Positions 1-9,399 of a stretch of 55,504 nucleotides of DNA are shown here, piece by piece (the stretch's first letter is position 1; the number at the start of each line of letters is the position of its first letter). The stretch lies in NCBI GenBank assembly GCA_043803765.1, contig JAZDJQ010000007.1:1-55504 (forward strand), written 5' to 3'. The notes below the pieces were generated by a model. That model was given only the letters and a program-made list of their open reading frames with translations. It made no database searches and had not been told where the DNA came from. Origin of the DNA: Candidatus Iainarchaeum sp. GTDB lineage: Archaea > Iainarchaeota > Iainarchaeia > Iainarchaeales > VGJJ01. The position numbers and the translations under genes are program-made.

Positions 1-12
1 GGAGGGTTCGTG

Positions 13-34
13 GGTTCCCGCTCGAGCGGGAACC
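13..34. repeat. Perfect 22-bp palindrome (ggttcccgctcgagcgggaacc)
   Basis: The sequence equals its own reverse complement; GC-rich in an AT-rich context at the window edge. Confidence 0.7.
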
Positions 35-129
35 AAGAAAAACAAGCACTCCTAAAGGCACTAACCTACAATTTGGAAATAATCAACCGAAAAATCACTT
101 TAACGATTAACTTCCTCTAAAAGAGGAAG

Positions 130-675
130 TCAACAGAGCCTTTTAAGGGAAATGATACCCTGTTGTCTTCCATGGATTCGAAAACCACTCAGACAAATAC
201 AATAGGCATTCCAATGAGCGCATTGATTAAGACTGTTGAAACCATTTCCAAAGATAAAAGTATCACCCGCAATCCAGATTGGCCCGATATCAAAAAGGGT
301 CTCGAACAGGTGGCAAAAGGTCGTTTTTCGGAGTGGAAGCCGCCTTTCGAGTAAATCTTGGATCTCCAGTTCCTTGCGGATGAATTCTCGATAGACGGGT
401 AATTGTTCCAACGTGGCCAGAATATCCTTATCCTGTGTTTTCTTGTTTCCAATTGCTACCATTAGGACAGCTGACCATTCCTGATAAACCAGGAAATACA
501 TTCGTCTTCCATCAAACTTCTTCTCCAGAAAAAAACGGTATCGAAGCGGTTTTCCGGTTGAATCTCCCCGCATATGAATCTGTAAAATGAATCGTCTCAC
601 TCGCTCCTTCTCATATTCTGAAAGTCTATCAAACTGCTCTTTGAAAAGTGGGGTACGGAAAATGATGAAAGGCAT
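130..675 (-). CDS. RelE/ParE-like toxin with a C-terminal extension running antisense to the neighbouring gene
   Basis: First ~100 aa follow the RelE pattern (F..QFDRL...KERV, GKPLRY.F.LEKKFDGRRMYFLVY, VLMVAIG.KK.Q); the last ~75 codons overlap the 172..354 ORF. Confidence 0.6.
   Translation of the reverse strand: MPFIIFRTPLFKEQFDRLSEYEKERVRRFILQIHMRGDSTGKPLRYRFFLEKKFDGRRMYFLVYQEWSAVLMVAIGNKKTQDKDILATLEQLPVYREFIRKELEIQDLLERRLPLRKTTFCHLFETLFDIGPIWIAGDTFIFGNGFNSLNQCAHWNAYCICLSGFRIHGRQQGIISLKRLC
172..354 (+). CDS. Small RelB-like antitoxin candidate
   Basis: 60 aa from the ATG at 172; TATA-like ttttaa at 141-146; C-terminal IKKGLEQVAKGRF resembles archaeal RelB-type antitoxins; adjacent to the RelE-like gene. 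Confidence 0.5.
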   Translation: MDSKTTQTNTIGIPMSALIKTVETISKDKSITRNPDWPDIKKGLEQVAKGRFSEWKPPFE

Positions 676-722
676 TCGCGTTGTCTTATTGGAAAAGTTA
701 AAATAACTAGAGAAAATTTTTC

Positions 723-2450
723 CTACATTTCTTTTAGCGTCTCGATTCCTAAAATAAAAAGTCCTTCATCGAACACATGATGAATGCCTTTCAATAATGC
801 GAGTCGTGCTTTTTCCAATGATTCATTTTCCTGAATAACCTTCGTGTCGTGGTAATACGAGTTGAACGTGTTGGCTAATTCTAATAAATAGTGTGCTAGA
901 ACATGAGGAGAATAATGAGTGAGAGTGCTGGTTATTATTTCTTGTTTTCGTGAAAGTAGTGCGAGGATTTCCCTTTCTTTGGGTAGAGTGAGAAGTCCGA
1001 CTGCATCAGTAGACGGTTTGCGCGTTGTTTTGCGCAGAATGCTTTGAATTCTTGCATTCGTGTAGAGCAAATAAGGTCCTGTTTGTCCGTCGAATGACAG
1101 GCTTTCTTTTGGGTCGAAAACGAGTTCTTTTTTGGCATCCTGTTTTACCATGAAGAATTTTAATGCAGCAAGAGCGACTACTTGACTGCGGCGCCTTACT
1201 TCATCATCATCTATTTCGGGGCTTCTTTTCTGGTATTCCAATAATGCCATTTTTTCTAATTCGGCAATCACATCATCCGCATTCACTACAGTTCCCATTC
1301 GTGAAGACATTTTTCCGCTTGGAAGAACGAGTAATCCGTATCCTAAATGATGACATTTTTTTCCTTGTTCAAATCCGAGCAAGTCGAGAATAGCAAACAA
1401 TTGTTTGAAGTGCATTTCCTGTTCGTTTCCCACTACATAAATAATGCGTTCTGCGTCGGGATAATCCTCGAATCGTTTCATGGCGAGATAAATATCTTGC
1501 GTGATGTACAGACTGGTTCCGTCTCCTCGCATGATGGGCTTATCGGGAACGTGGTATTTTTTTTCAAGCGGAGCAATAATTCCCCCATTTTCTGCTTGGA
1601 TGAATAGTCCTTTTTCTAATCCCTTTTGAACTACTTCTTTTCCGTGCTCATATATTTCGGATTCGTAATAGTTTTGGTCAAAAACAGCCCCCACTTTTTC
1701 AAATGTTTCTTTCCATCCTTTTTCCGCCCACGCGTTCATTTTTTTCCATAATGCAATCGTTTTTTCGTCTCCTTGTTCCCATTTCAGGAGCAAATTTTGT
1801 GCATCCTGTTCCAGTTTTTCATCCTTTTCCATTTGTTGCGCGAATAAGGTATAGTATTTTCCAACAAAATGGTCGGGTTTCATTTTTTCCGTTTCGGGTG
1901 TTTTATTATTTCCCCATTTTTGGTAGGCAAGCATGGATTTGCAGATGTGTACTCCTCGGTTGTTCACGATTTGGGTGCGCAATACTCTTTTTCCTTCGTG
2001 TTGCAGCAGTCGAATAATACTATCCGCTAATGCAATGTTGCGTAAATGCCCCATGTGTAATGGCTTGTTTGTATTAGGTGAAGCATATTCTACAATAACG
2101 AGTGGACTTTCTTTTGTTGGAACAGGCGAGACTTTTTCCGCACAGGAAAGGGAATGTTGAGCATACACCCTAATCGAGACAAACGCATTGAGGTAAGGTC
2201 CCATCGCTTGGAATTTTTCGAACGTTGTATCGGCGTGCAGATTGGCCGTCAGTTGAAGCGCAAATGCGGTTGGATTTTTCTCTGCTGGTGTAAACTTGAA
2301 TACGGGCAATGAGATATTTCCTTTTTCCACCGATGGGGGAATAGTCATGAAAGAGATGAGCGTTTCAACCCCCGGAGAGGGAATGGACAGCTTTTGGAGT
2401 ACCTGTTCTACTCGCTCGGCGAACTCTTTTTTGAAATCAGGAACTACCAT
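723..2450 (-). CDS. argS: Arginine--tRNA ligase
   Basis: EYASPNTNKPLHMGHLRN (HIGH) and GKMSSR (KMSKS) motifs, GPYLLY anticodon-domain motif, ends in ...EM. Confidence 0.97.
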   Translation of the reverse strand: MVVPDFKKEFAERVEQVLQKLSIPSPGVETLISFMTIPPSVEKGNISLPVFKFTPAEKNPTAFALQLTANLHADTTFEKFQAMGPYLNAFVSIRVYAQHSLSCAEKVSPVPTKESPLVIVEYASPNTNKPLHMGHLRNIALADSIIRLLQHEGKRVLRTQIVNNRGVHICKSMLAYQKWGNNKTPETEKMKPDHFVGKYYTLFAQQMEKDEKLEQDAQNLLLKWEQGDEKTIALWKKMNAWAEKGWKETFEKVGAVFDQNYYESEIYEHGKEVVQKGLEKGLFIQAENGGIIAPLEKKYHVPDKPIMRGDGTSLYITQDIYLAMKRFEDYPDAERIIYVVGNEQEMHFKQLFAILDLLGFEQGKKCHHLGYGLLVLPSGKMSSRMGTVVNADDVIAELEKMALLEYQKRSPEIDDDEVRRRSQVVALAALKFFMVKQDAKKELVFDPKESLSFDGQTGPYLLYTNARIQSILRKTTRKPSTDAVGLLTLPKEREILALLSRKQEIITSTLTHYSPHVLAHYLLELANTFNSYYHDTKVIQENESLEKARLALLKGIHHVFDEGLFILGIETLKEM

Positions 2451-2502
2451 AGGTCTACTACACCATGAAAAGAATTAAAGGGAGGAATGTGCATAGGGAA
2501 GC

Positions 2503-2901
2503 ATGCCGACCGCTGTAAGCCCTCCGCGCAAAAGAATACTACTGAAAAATGGACTTGCACGCAGCCGCATAAGCGTGCGTGCCTACACGAAGAATAATCG
2601 CCCGATATTGTCCAATCCGGCAGGAAGATTTACCGCGATGAAGAGTTTGCTTCAGAATGAATCCTTATCCCCTGGGGCAAGGAAACAGCTGGCTGAACGG
2701 ATTATTCTTTCCGCTTTTGAGCAGCCGATGTTAGTGAATCAGGGAAGAATAAATGCTACCGTGCTTGCGAGGCAAACTATAGGCAGGACGGATCCCAAAT
2801 TATTCAGGCTTGCCATGGATAACCTCCTACGAAAGGGGAAAATCGGTACTTCTGGAAATAATGAGTTTGTTCGGCTCCAGCGAGAAAAAAAAGTTGGATA
2901 G
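2503..2901 (+). CDS. Hypothetical basic protein
   Basis: 132-aa ORF divergent from argS, TATA-like ttaaa upstream, Arg/Lys-rich. Confidence 0.55.
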   Translation: MPTAVSPPRKRILLKNGLARSRISVRAYTKNNRPILSNPAGRFTAMKSLLQNESLSPGARKQLAERIILSAFEQPMLVNQGRINATVLARQTIGRTDPKLFRLAMDNLLRKGKIGTSGNNEFVRLQREKKVG

Positions 2902-2911
2902 TTTATTCTAT

Positions 2912-2932
2912 GGCCCCGGAGGGATTCAAACC
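2912..2932 (-). repeat. Partial copy of the tRNA-Arg 3' end
   Basis: ggccccggagggattcaaacc matches 2988-3008 at 19/21 positions; adjoins hairpin ccggccttt-agaa-aaaggccgg (2931-2952). Confidence 0.75.
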
Positions 2933-2986
2933 GGCCTTTAGAAAAAGGCCGGCGAAAAAGTGAGGGGATTTTTGCAAATCCTCCTA

Positions 2987-3061
2987 CGGCCCCGGAGGGA
3001 TTTGAACCCTCGACCTCCTGCTTAGAAGGCAGTTGCTCTATCCAGGCTGAGCTACGGGGCC
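2987..3061 (-). tRNA. tRNA-Arg(TCT)
   Basis: Reverse complement GGCCCCGTAGCTCAGCCTGGATAGAGCAACTGCCTTCTAAGCAGGAGGTCGAGGGTTCAAATCCCTCCGGGGCCG folds as a cloverleaf with anticodon TCT; no encoded CCA. Confidence 0.95.
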
Positions 3062-3187
3062 TTTCCAGTATTTAGGCCTATTGTGGGTTTGTAAAACCCA
3101 CCTATAGTCCATCGGTGTCGCCGAACGAAAAAGGCGGGGGTGAACTACGGGGCCATACACTCGGTGTTAAAATGAGGGTGAATCCCT

Positions 3188-3718
3188 TTAATGCTGTTGC
3201 TTTGCATGCTTTTTCTTTTTTGTTTTTCCTTCATTTTTTCCATTCCCATTCGTATGCGTCTCAATGTTGTACAGGAATGGGAATGGCTTTTTTTGGATGA
3301 TTTGCCTGTCGCCTAAGTCAATCAACCACGCATATAGTCCTTTTTCTCCAAAAACTTCGGGTAAAAACTTGGGTCGAACCTTCCATGCGTGAATGGTGCT
3401 TGTTTTTTGATAAGGAAGGAGTGCGTCTTTTGGAATAACAAAAACAAACTCATCCACTTTTTGTCGATAAGCCATTTTTTTGAGTATTTTTCCTTTGCTT
3501 GGCCGTGTGAGTACTTCAAATCCGATTGTTTTTTGGGGTGTTTCCACATAGAAATCGAATTTTCCTTCTTTAGGTTGATGGTTGTTTCCCTGCAATAATA
3601 CGGTTTGTTCTTGCGTCATTCGGGTAATGGGCCATACTTGATTGACTCGTATGCGTTGTAGTTCCGTCCATACGAGTAAGTGCATGAGTGCGGTGGTGCG
3701 GTTTCCGTTTATCATCAT
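3188..3718 (-). CDS. Hypothetical protein, possible PD-(D/E)XK-fold
   Basis: GKFDFYV...IGFEV motif; overlaps the upstream gene by 4 bp in an operon. Confidence 0.55.
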   Translation of the reverse strand: MMINGNRTTALMHLLVWTELQRIRVNQVWPITRMTQEQTVLLQGNNHQPKEGKFDFYVETPQKTIGFEVLTRPSKGKILKKMAYRQKVDEFVFVIPKDALLPYQKTSTIHAWKVRPKFLPEVFGEKGLYAWLIDLGDRQIIQKKPFPFLYNIETHTNGNGKNEGKTKKKKHAKQQH

Positions 3719-4275
3719 TTGTTTTTTCGCCTCGTGTGGAGTGCTTCGTGCAGGGGATTGGATACTCCGAATCGGATCGTGCGGATAGATGGTCGTGTAA
3801 AGTGAGTAGTGAGATATTCTTTCAATTCAGTTGCATGTTTTTTTTGCGTGTGCATGGTAATGTGGTGTTCTCCTGCTCGTGAAAAATCAATTGATAATGG
3901 TTGAGAGTGCATGCTTACGTAGGGGAGAACGGCATCAAAAAAAATATTGTACGTGTTCACGAATGCATCGAGTTTGTTTGGCTTGACTATTAGCATAAGT
4001 TCATTTGTTTTGGGTTGGAAACTTTTTAGTGTGGCTTGTTTTCTTTTATCTTGCGTCATTTTGGTCAGGATGTGTTCCCATTCTTTTGGAGAAAGTGCTT
4101 TTGTCCAACCTGAGTGAATATGGATGGAAATAGGAGAACGTGTTACGCGGGAAAGGATAGGAGCCGTATGCTCCCATAGGAAATCATATACTTCGGGCCT
4201 TCCGTTGGGATGCTGCTTGAGCGTCAATTCTATTTGGCAATCAGCCGTATGAGTGGAATTCACTCCCATTTTCAT
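3715..4275 (-). CDS. Hypothetical protein
   Basis: 186-aa ORF with 4-bp overlaps on both sides (operon with HIT). Confidence 0.65.
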   Translation of the reverse strand: MKMGVNSTHTADCQIELTLKQHPNGRPEVYDFLWEHTAPILSRVTRSPISIHIHSGWTKALSPKEWEHILTKMTQDKRKQATLKSFQPKTNELMLIVKPNKLDAFVNTYNIFFDAVLPYVSMHSQPLSIDFSRAGEHHITMHTQKKHATELKEYLTTHFTRPSIRTIRFGVSNPLHEALHTRRKNK

Positions 4276-4706
4276 GTGTTTGGGCTATAAAACGATGATA
4301 GGTTTTCCCGGATGCGTTGGGCGGTAATGGATAGTTTTTCATCCGTAATCGCGGTATTTTTCCATGAGGACAATCCGTCTTTTTCTTTTCGGGGGATGAT
4401 ATGCATGTGCGTATGAAAGATGATTTGCCCTGATTCTTTTCCCGTGTTAATGCCAATGTTGAATGCAGGGGAATGGACTTCTTTCAAAATGCTGGGGGTG
4501 ATTTTGGCTGCAATTTCTAATAATCCTTTTCGATCCTCTGAAGTGGCATGTACGAAATCGGGTGAGTGTTTTTTTGGAATGATGAGCGTGTGCCCTAGAG
4601 AAATAGGATGGATATCAAGAAAGGCGAAATAGTGCTCGTCTTCATATATTTTGTGTGAGGGAATTTCTCCTCGAATGATTTTGCAGAATACGCAAGTAGT
4701 GTCCAT
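4272..4706 (-). CDS. HIT family nucleotide hydrolase
   Basis: CVFCKII N-terminus, AFLDIHP..GHTLIIPKKH, histidine triad HTHMHII. Confidence 0.95.
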   Translation of the reverse strand: MDTTCVFCKIIRGEIPSHKIYEDEHYFAFLDIHPISLGHTLIIPKKHSPDFVHATSEDRKGLLEIAAKITPSILKEVHSPAFNIGINTGKESGQIIFHTHMHIIPRKEKDGLSSWKNTAITDEKLSITAQRIRENLSSFYSPNT

Positions 4707-4789
4707 GCAAATATGAAATCCTGCTTTCTATTTAAAAAGAATTTTGAATGCCACGTATTTCTAATAATGCGATGGAAATGCGCATCATC

Positions 4790-5485
4790 TCATTTTTCCA
4801 TTTCTTTTAGTGCTTTTTCCGCGTGTGCGATATCGTCAGGGTATCCTATTGGTATCCATCCGCGGGAAACAATCACGTGCACAGGAATTTCTTGTGCTAA
4901 CGCATGCACGGCTTCCGATAAATAGCGTTCACCATTTTTATGCGGAATTGGTGTAAACTCAAATATGTGGGAATCCAATACCATTGGACCAGTTGACACA
5001 AGATCGGATGAAGGATGAAGTGGTTTTTCGATTATTTCTTTTACGGTATGCTCGGGTGTAGAAATTACTACTCCAAATCGTTCAGGGTGAGGGTGGTGTG
5101 TGACTAAAATAGAAAGCCCTTCTTGTGATGCCATGGCAGCTAATGCTTTTTTGTCGTGTATATCATCTGCAAATAGTGTGAGAAAGCGCCCTTGTATTTT
5201 TTCTTTGCATAATTCTAATGCGGAAAATGTTCCGTTTTTCTTTTCTTGCCAAACATATGTGATTTTTTTCCCATGATAGGTGTCTCCTACTACTTCTACA
5301 ATTTGTTTGCCCAAATAGCCCACCACTAAAATAATTTCATTTACTTGCGGAGGAAGAGCATCCAACTGATGCATAAGTAGTGTTTTCCCATTTACTTTTA
5401 GTAAGGGTTTGGGTACTTTTTCCGTCAAGGGACGCATACGCATTCCTTCTCCAGCGGCAAGTAGTACACATTGCATATCAAACAC
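4790..5485 (-). CDS. Sugar-phosphate nucleotidyltransferase (GlmU/RmlA-like N-terminal domain)
   Basis: [19 protein letters not shown] signature; the real start may be the ATG at 5476. Confidence 0.9.
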   Translation of the reverse strand: MFDMQCVLLAAGEGMRMRPLTEKVPKPLLKVNGKTLLMHQLDALPPQVNEIILVVGYLGKQIVEVVGDTYHGKKITYVWQEKKNGTFSALELCKEKIQGRFLTLFADDIHDKKALAAMASQEGLSILVTHHPHPERFGVVISTPEHTVKEIIEKPLHPSSDLVSTGPMVLDSHIFEFTPIPHKNGERYLSEAVHALAQEIPVHVIVSRGWIPIGYPDDIAHAEKALKEMEK

Positions 5486-5590
5486 TTCGTGTGAGAATTG
5501 GTTTTATTAGGATTAAGGTGCAACCCCCGAATGTTTAAGGAATGAACAAGCAAAAAGGAATTTACGCGAGAAAGGATTGTCTATAAACTA

Positions 5591-5674
5591 CGCAGCGAAC
5601 GAGATTCGAACTCGTGCCCCCGTGAGGGGACCGGCTTTCCAGACCGGCGCGTTAGACCACTCCGCCATCGCTGC
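5591..5674 (-). tRNA. tRNA-Ser(GGA)
   Basis: Reverse complement GCAGCGATGGCGGAGTGGTCTAACGCGCCGGTCTGGAAAGCCGGTCCCCTCACGGGGGCACGAGTTCGAATCTCGTTCGCTGCG; long variable arm, anticodon GGA. Confidence 0.95.
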
Positions 5675-5806
5675 TTCCTTTGACTACAAGTTTGTTTATG
5701 CTATCGTCTTTTTCATCATTGTATCAAAAAGGACAATGGCATCATCCAATTACCTAACCAAAAGTATAAAAAGGGCAAAATCGGTGTGCTTGCGGAGATT
5801 GATCTG

Positions 5807-6562
5807 ATGAGTAAATGGAAATATTGTGGCGGGAAGAAAGTGGGAAATCCGTGGAAAGTACCCGGCTTTTTAGGTTTAATTATTCTTGTTGTGGCGTTTG
5901 CGGGAATAGTATATAGTCAATTTGGTGGCCCGAGTGAATTTGGGCATGATTTGAGTGAGATTGATGCGGATGGAGAACTTTTTGGTGATCTTATGGATAC
6001 GACTACGTTTCCGGGGATGGCACACATTAAAGGAGCGGTGCGTATTGGCACGAATCCGATTGGAACAGAAGAATTAGTGGTTGATGGAGCCATTAACGCG
6101 ACAGGAAACATTGGCACGACGGGAAATATTGACGCGGTAGGTGATGTGTGTACGGATGCGGCCGGTGGACAATGTTTGAGCGAAGTGAATCATACGGTTT
6201 ACCTTGCAGGGGGAGTTATCTCGAAAGTATGCAAAGGTGATTGTCTGTATCACAGTCTAGGCTTGGAGACACTGCCACTCGAGGTGTATTGCCCTGACAA
6301 CTATATTCCTCTCAGTTGCGGAGGGGGAGTCAAAATGCCTCCGGGAAGCCCAACCGCGGTTCCTCCTGGAAGTACTGGCACGGGCAACGAATGGATTTTG
6401 AAGGGATTTTTTAGCACTCCGAAGTATGTGGCAGCGGGAGATTCGACCTTCAATGGGTGTCAGCTCGATTTCCTCGGAAAGAAAATAAACTCCGGTGAAG
6501 AGGGAGTTCCATCTGATACACTATTTTCCCTTCGTGCGTATTGTGTGCGTGTGAATCCATAA
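5807..6562 (+). CDS. Membrane-anchored surface protein, fibre-like
   Basis: N-terminal TM helix, G-N-I-x-x-x repeats (GAINATGNIGTTGNIDAVGDVC), Cys-rich C-terminus; start uncertain. Confidence 0.65.
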   Translation: MSKWKYCGGKKVGNPWKVPGFLGLIILVVAFAGIVYSQFGGPSEFGHDLSEIDADGELFGDLMDTTTFPGMAHIKGAVRIGTNPIGTEELVVDGAINATGNIGTTGNIDAVGDVCTDAAGGQCLSEVNHTVYLAGGVISKVCKGDCLYHSLGLETLPLEVYCPDNYIPLSCGGGVKMPPGSPTAVPPGSTGTGNEWILKGFFSTPKYVAAGDSTFNGCQLDFLGKKINSGEEGVPSDTLFSLRAYCVRVNP

Positions 6563-6626
6563 ATCTCCCGTTCATGTAGTGTTGCTTTTACTCAAGCCTT
6601 AAATACTTGACTATTTTCCTGTTGGC

Positions 6627-8285
6627 ATGAAGCGGAAAATCAAAGAGGTCCGTTCCAAGAAGGAGGATTTTGAAATGGAGAATAGAGTTATGCGTTTCTT
6701 GGTTATTGCAATTGTAGTGTTTAGTGCAATCACGGTATTTTCCATTCATACCTTATTGGATCACAAATTGAGTAACATAGGGCTAGTATTGAATAGTGCG
6801 GTCTCCGCTAGAGAAAAGGATTCTTCATCTTTGGACAATTTCGATGTAATTCCAGAAGTAACATTGGATGTTAGTAATGGGACGGCAGCGTTATTGTATT
6901 CGCGTATCATTCATATCAAAGACACGGAAAGTTGTTTTGAAGATGTATGGAATTGGGTAGCTGATCACTCCGCGCAAATTAGTCTTGATTATTCCGATGA
7001 TGAAAGGCGAACGTTTGCAGAAGACAAGGCTGCTGGTATGAGAGAATGGTGGGATCCTTTCATTCCCATCAATTTGAAAGAAGATTTAAGCATTCGCGAA
7101 GGAGAAAGTGTGCTTACTCAATTGAAAAAAGATATGTTGGGTTGTTTGGATAAAGCAGAGGAAAATGACGATTGGAACGAACCAGAAGAGTACGGTGTGT
7201 ATGCTTTGTCGGAGAGCATTCCTCTCGTGGGGATTGATAGCGCCCTGATTAACAGTTTGGACGTGGATTCGGTGGTTTGTATTATCGATTCTGGACTGGC
7301 CTCTCATCTGTACCTCCCTGCATCGCTTATAGGTGGTTATGATGCTAAGAGCAATAAAAAGTACGGAGAAGGTGATTTCAGTAAAACCAACGATACCCGA
7401 GGGCATGGAACGGCCATGGCGGGGGTTGTGGCGTCGACTCACGATATCTACATGGGAGCGGCTCCCGGAAGTGGTTTAATGATTGCCCGTCTTTCCAAAG
7501 ATAATCCTTCTAAAAAGGAGGTTCTTCGCTCTATCAAGTGGTGTTCGGGAGACAATAAATTGGGAGTCAATAAAACGAGGGTCCGGGCGGACGTGATATT
7601 GATAGGGGTTCAGTTCGTGGAGAAGAAGGAGGACAAGCCGGATTATGATTTGTATAACGATGAGACCAGTGCCCTGATCGGAAAGAGAAGTATCAAATCC
7701 ATTGATAAAACCATCAAAAAATACACTAATAAAGAGTACAAGAAAAAGGAGTCCATTACCAATCCTGCTACCATTCCAGTAATTGTTCCCGCGGGGAACA
7801 CGTATCCTTCTTCGCAGGAGGAGTTGGGAGTCACTAAGCTTGCGTCATTGGAGCGGGTCATCTCGGTAGGAGCGGTGTATGATGCGGATGTGAGTTCGAA
7901 GTCATTCCAAGATTATCTGAATTCCGAATTGTATTGCACCGATTCGACGACGGCTTCGAAGCAGGTCATTTGCTTGAGTGCATGTGGCAATCCTTTGGAT
8001 TATGCTGCTCCCGGCGAATCGATTATGACGACGACTCCAGGAGCAGGCGGGGTGTTTGAGGCCAATTTGTATGGAACATCTCTCGCTGCTGCCCACGTAG
8101 CGGGGATTATTAGTCTTATGAAGTCGGTGAATCCTACATTGACGGTGGATGAGATACGGGATTTTCTCACGCAGTCCTCGACGATTCCCAGCGGGGGCGA
8201 CCCGGACGACCTGTTGTGTTATGGTAATGGGATTCCAAATGCAACACATGCTGTTTTGCTAGCAACCGGTTATACTCCACCATAA
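6627..8285 (+). CDS. Subtilisin-like S8 serine protease, membrane-anchored or secreted
   Basis: Catalytic triad motifs IIDSG, GHGTAMAG and GTSLAAAHVAG; AGN oxyanion motif; N-terminal TM. Confidence 0.92.
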   Translation: MKRKIKEVRSKKEDFEMENRVMRFLVIAIVVFSAITVFSIHTLLDHKLSNIGLVLNSAVSAREKDSSSLDNFDVIPEVTLDVSNGTAALLYSRIIHIKDTESCFEDVWNWVADHSAQISLDYSDDERRTFAEDKAAGMREWWDPFIPINLKEDLSIREGESVLTQLKKDMLGCLDKAEENDDWNEPEEYGVYALSESIPLVGIDSALINSLDVDSVVCIIDSGLASHLYLPASLIGGYDAKSNKKYGEGDFSKTNDTRGHGTAMAGVVASTHDIYMGAAPGSGLMIARLSKDNPSKKEVLRSIKWCSGDNKLGVNKTRVRADVILIGVQFVEKKEDKPDYDLYNDETSALIGKRSIKSIDKTIKKYTNKEYKKKESITNPATIPVIVPAGNTYPSSQEELGVTKLASLERVISVGAVYDADVSSKSFQDYLNSELYCTDSTTASKQVICLSACGNPLDYAAPGESIMTTTPGAGGVFEANLYGTSLAAAHVAGIISLMKSVNPTLTVDEIRDFLTQSSTIPSGGDPDDLLCYGNGIPNATHAVLLATGYTPP

Positions 8286-8407
8286 AATAAAAGCAAGAAT
8301 TGGCAATATTCGCTTATTGTCGTGAAATAATACTATTGTGTTTGTTTTGAGCGCTGTTGAGAAGAGGATAATGTATTTTATTCTCTAATGATGCACACTT
8401 ATACATT

Positions 8408-9016
8408 ATGGTTGGTTGGGGACATCGTTCGGCGATGATGCTTGGTTTGCTTGTTCTATCTCTCTTGGCGTATTCTCCTGTGGTAACGGCGGCAAGCGGG
8501 CACGCGGAATGGATGACCTATTATGATATTGGATCGCATGATTTGGTTTACAAGACAATGGATGGCACTCTTACGGATGTTATCGTTGATAAAGTGGATA
8601 AGAAGAAAAAACATGTTTTTCGTGTAACGGCTGGAAATTCAGAGGATTCGATTTATATTGAAGTGGTGAAGCGCGTGAAAAAGAAGATGAAGGCGGGCAA
8701 AAAAATAGTAGAGCGGGAATTTTTGTTCAAGAAATGCGGGTATAACTCGGAAGACGATATTCAATTTTTCCCTTCTTATAATTCACTTGTTGTCAAGACG
8801 TTTGGGGATAGTCGTATTATTCAGCAATTTCGATTGGATGGAGAGTTGACGACATATCAAATAGATTATGATTATGTTACGGATATTTCTACCATTTATT
8901 GGCTTCATGGACAGCCTGCCAAGATGGTGGTTTACGAAACATTTCCTGGATATGTTCCATTACACGTGATCACGTTTAATGGGGCAACATTTCCAAGTTG
9001 GGACACTCTTATATAA
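8408..9016 (+). CDS. Secreted hypothetical protein
   Basis: Signal peptide-like N-terminus, 202 aa. Confidence 0.7.
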   Translation: MVGWGHRSAMMLGLLVLSLLAYSPVVTAASGHAEWMTYYDIGSHDLVYKTMDGTLTDVIVDKVDKKKKHVFRVTAGNSEDSIYIEVVKRVKKKMKAGKKIVEREFLFKKCGYNSEDDIQFFPSYNSLVVKTFGDSRIIQQFRLDGELTTYQIDYDYVTDISTIYWLHGQPAKMVVYETFPGYVPLHVITFNGATFPSWDTLI

Positions 9017-9118
9017 TAAAGATGGAAAAAAAGTGTTTTTTCTTTTTCTGTTGGATTGGCATGCGTTGAGCGTGTGAGTGGAGAGGATTAAAAACTCTTG
9101 ATTCCTCCCCTTGGCGCC

Positions 9119-9346
9119 ATGTCTGAAATCGTTGATACGATAAAGGTGACGCTTCTTTTGGCCTCTACGCTTATTTTGATTGTTGTGTTTGTTTTTGCCG
9201 GGATTGAGGGTATTATTTCTCAGTTAAATAGGCAGTTGGTTGATGCGTTAGTGTATTATCTTATTTCGATTGCCTCGCTTACGGGTATTTTGTGGGCGTA
9301 TTCTCGTTCCAAGCAGTTGATTCGGGCAATGCCTTTTGAGGAATAG
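9119..9346 (+). CDS. Small two-TM membrane protein
   Basis: Two hydrophobic segments; ATG 9119 follows TATA-like ttaaaa. Confidence 0.6.
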   Translation: MSEIVDTIKVTLLLASTLILIVVFVFAGIEGIISQLNRQLVDALVYYLISIASLTGILWAYSRSKQLIRAMPFEE

Positions 9347-9399
9347 GGACAAGGAAGAAAAGCGGGCGTCCTTTAAAGCGGAGAATGTGTGAAATACCC

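Noticed and set aside
5577-5807. 76-aa ORF
   Set aside because: It is the antisense reading of tRNA-Ser(GGA)
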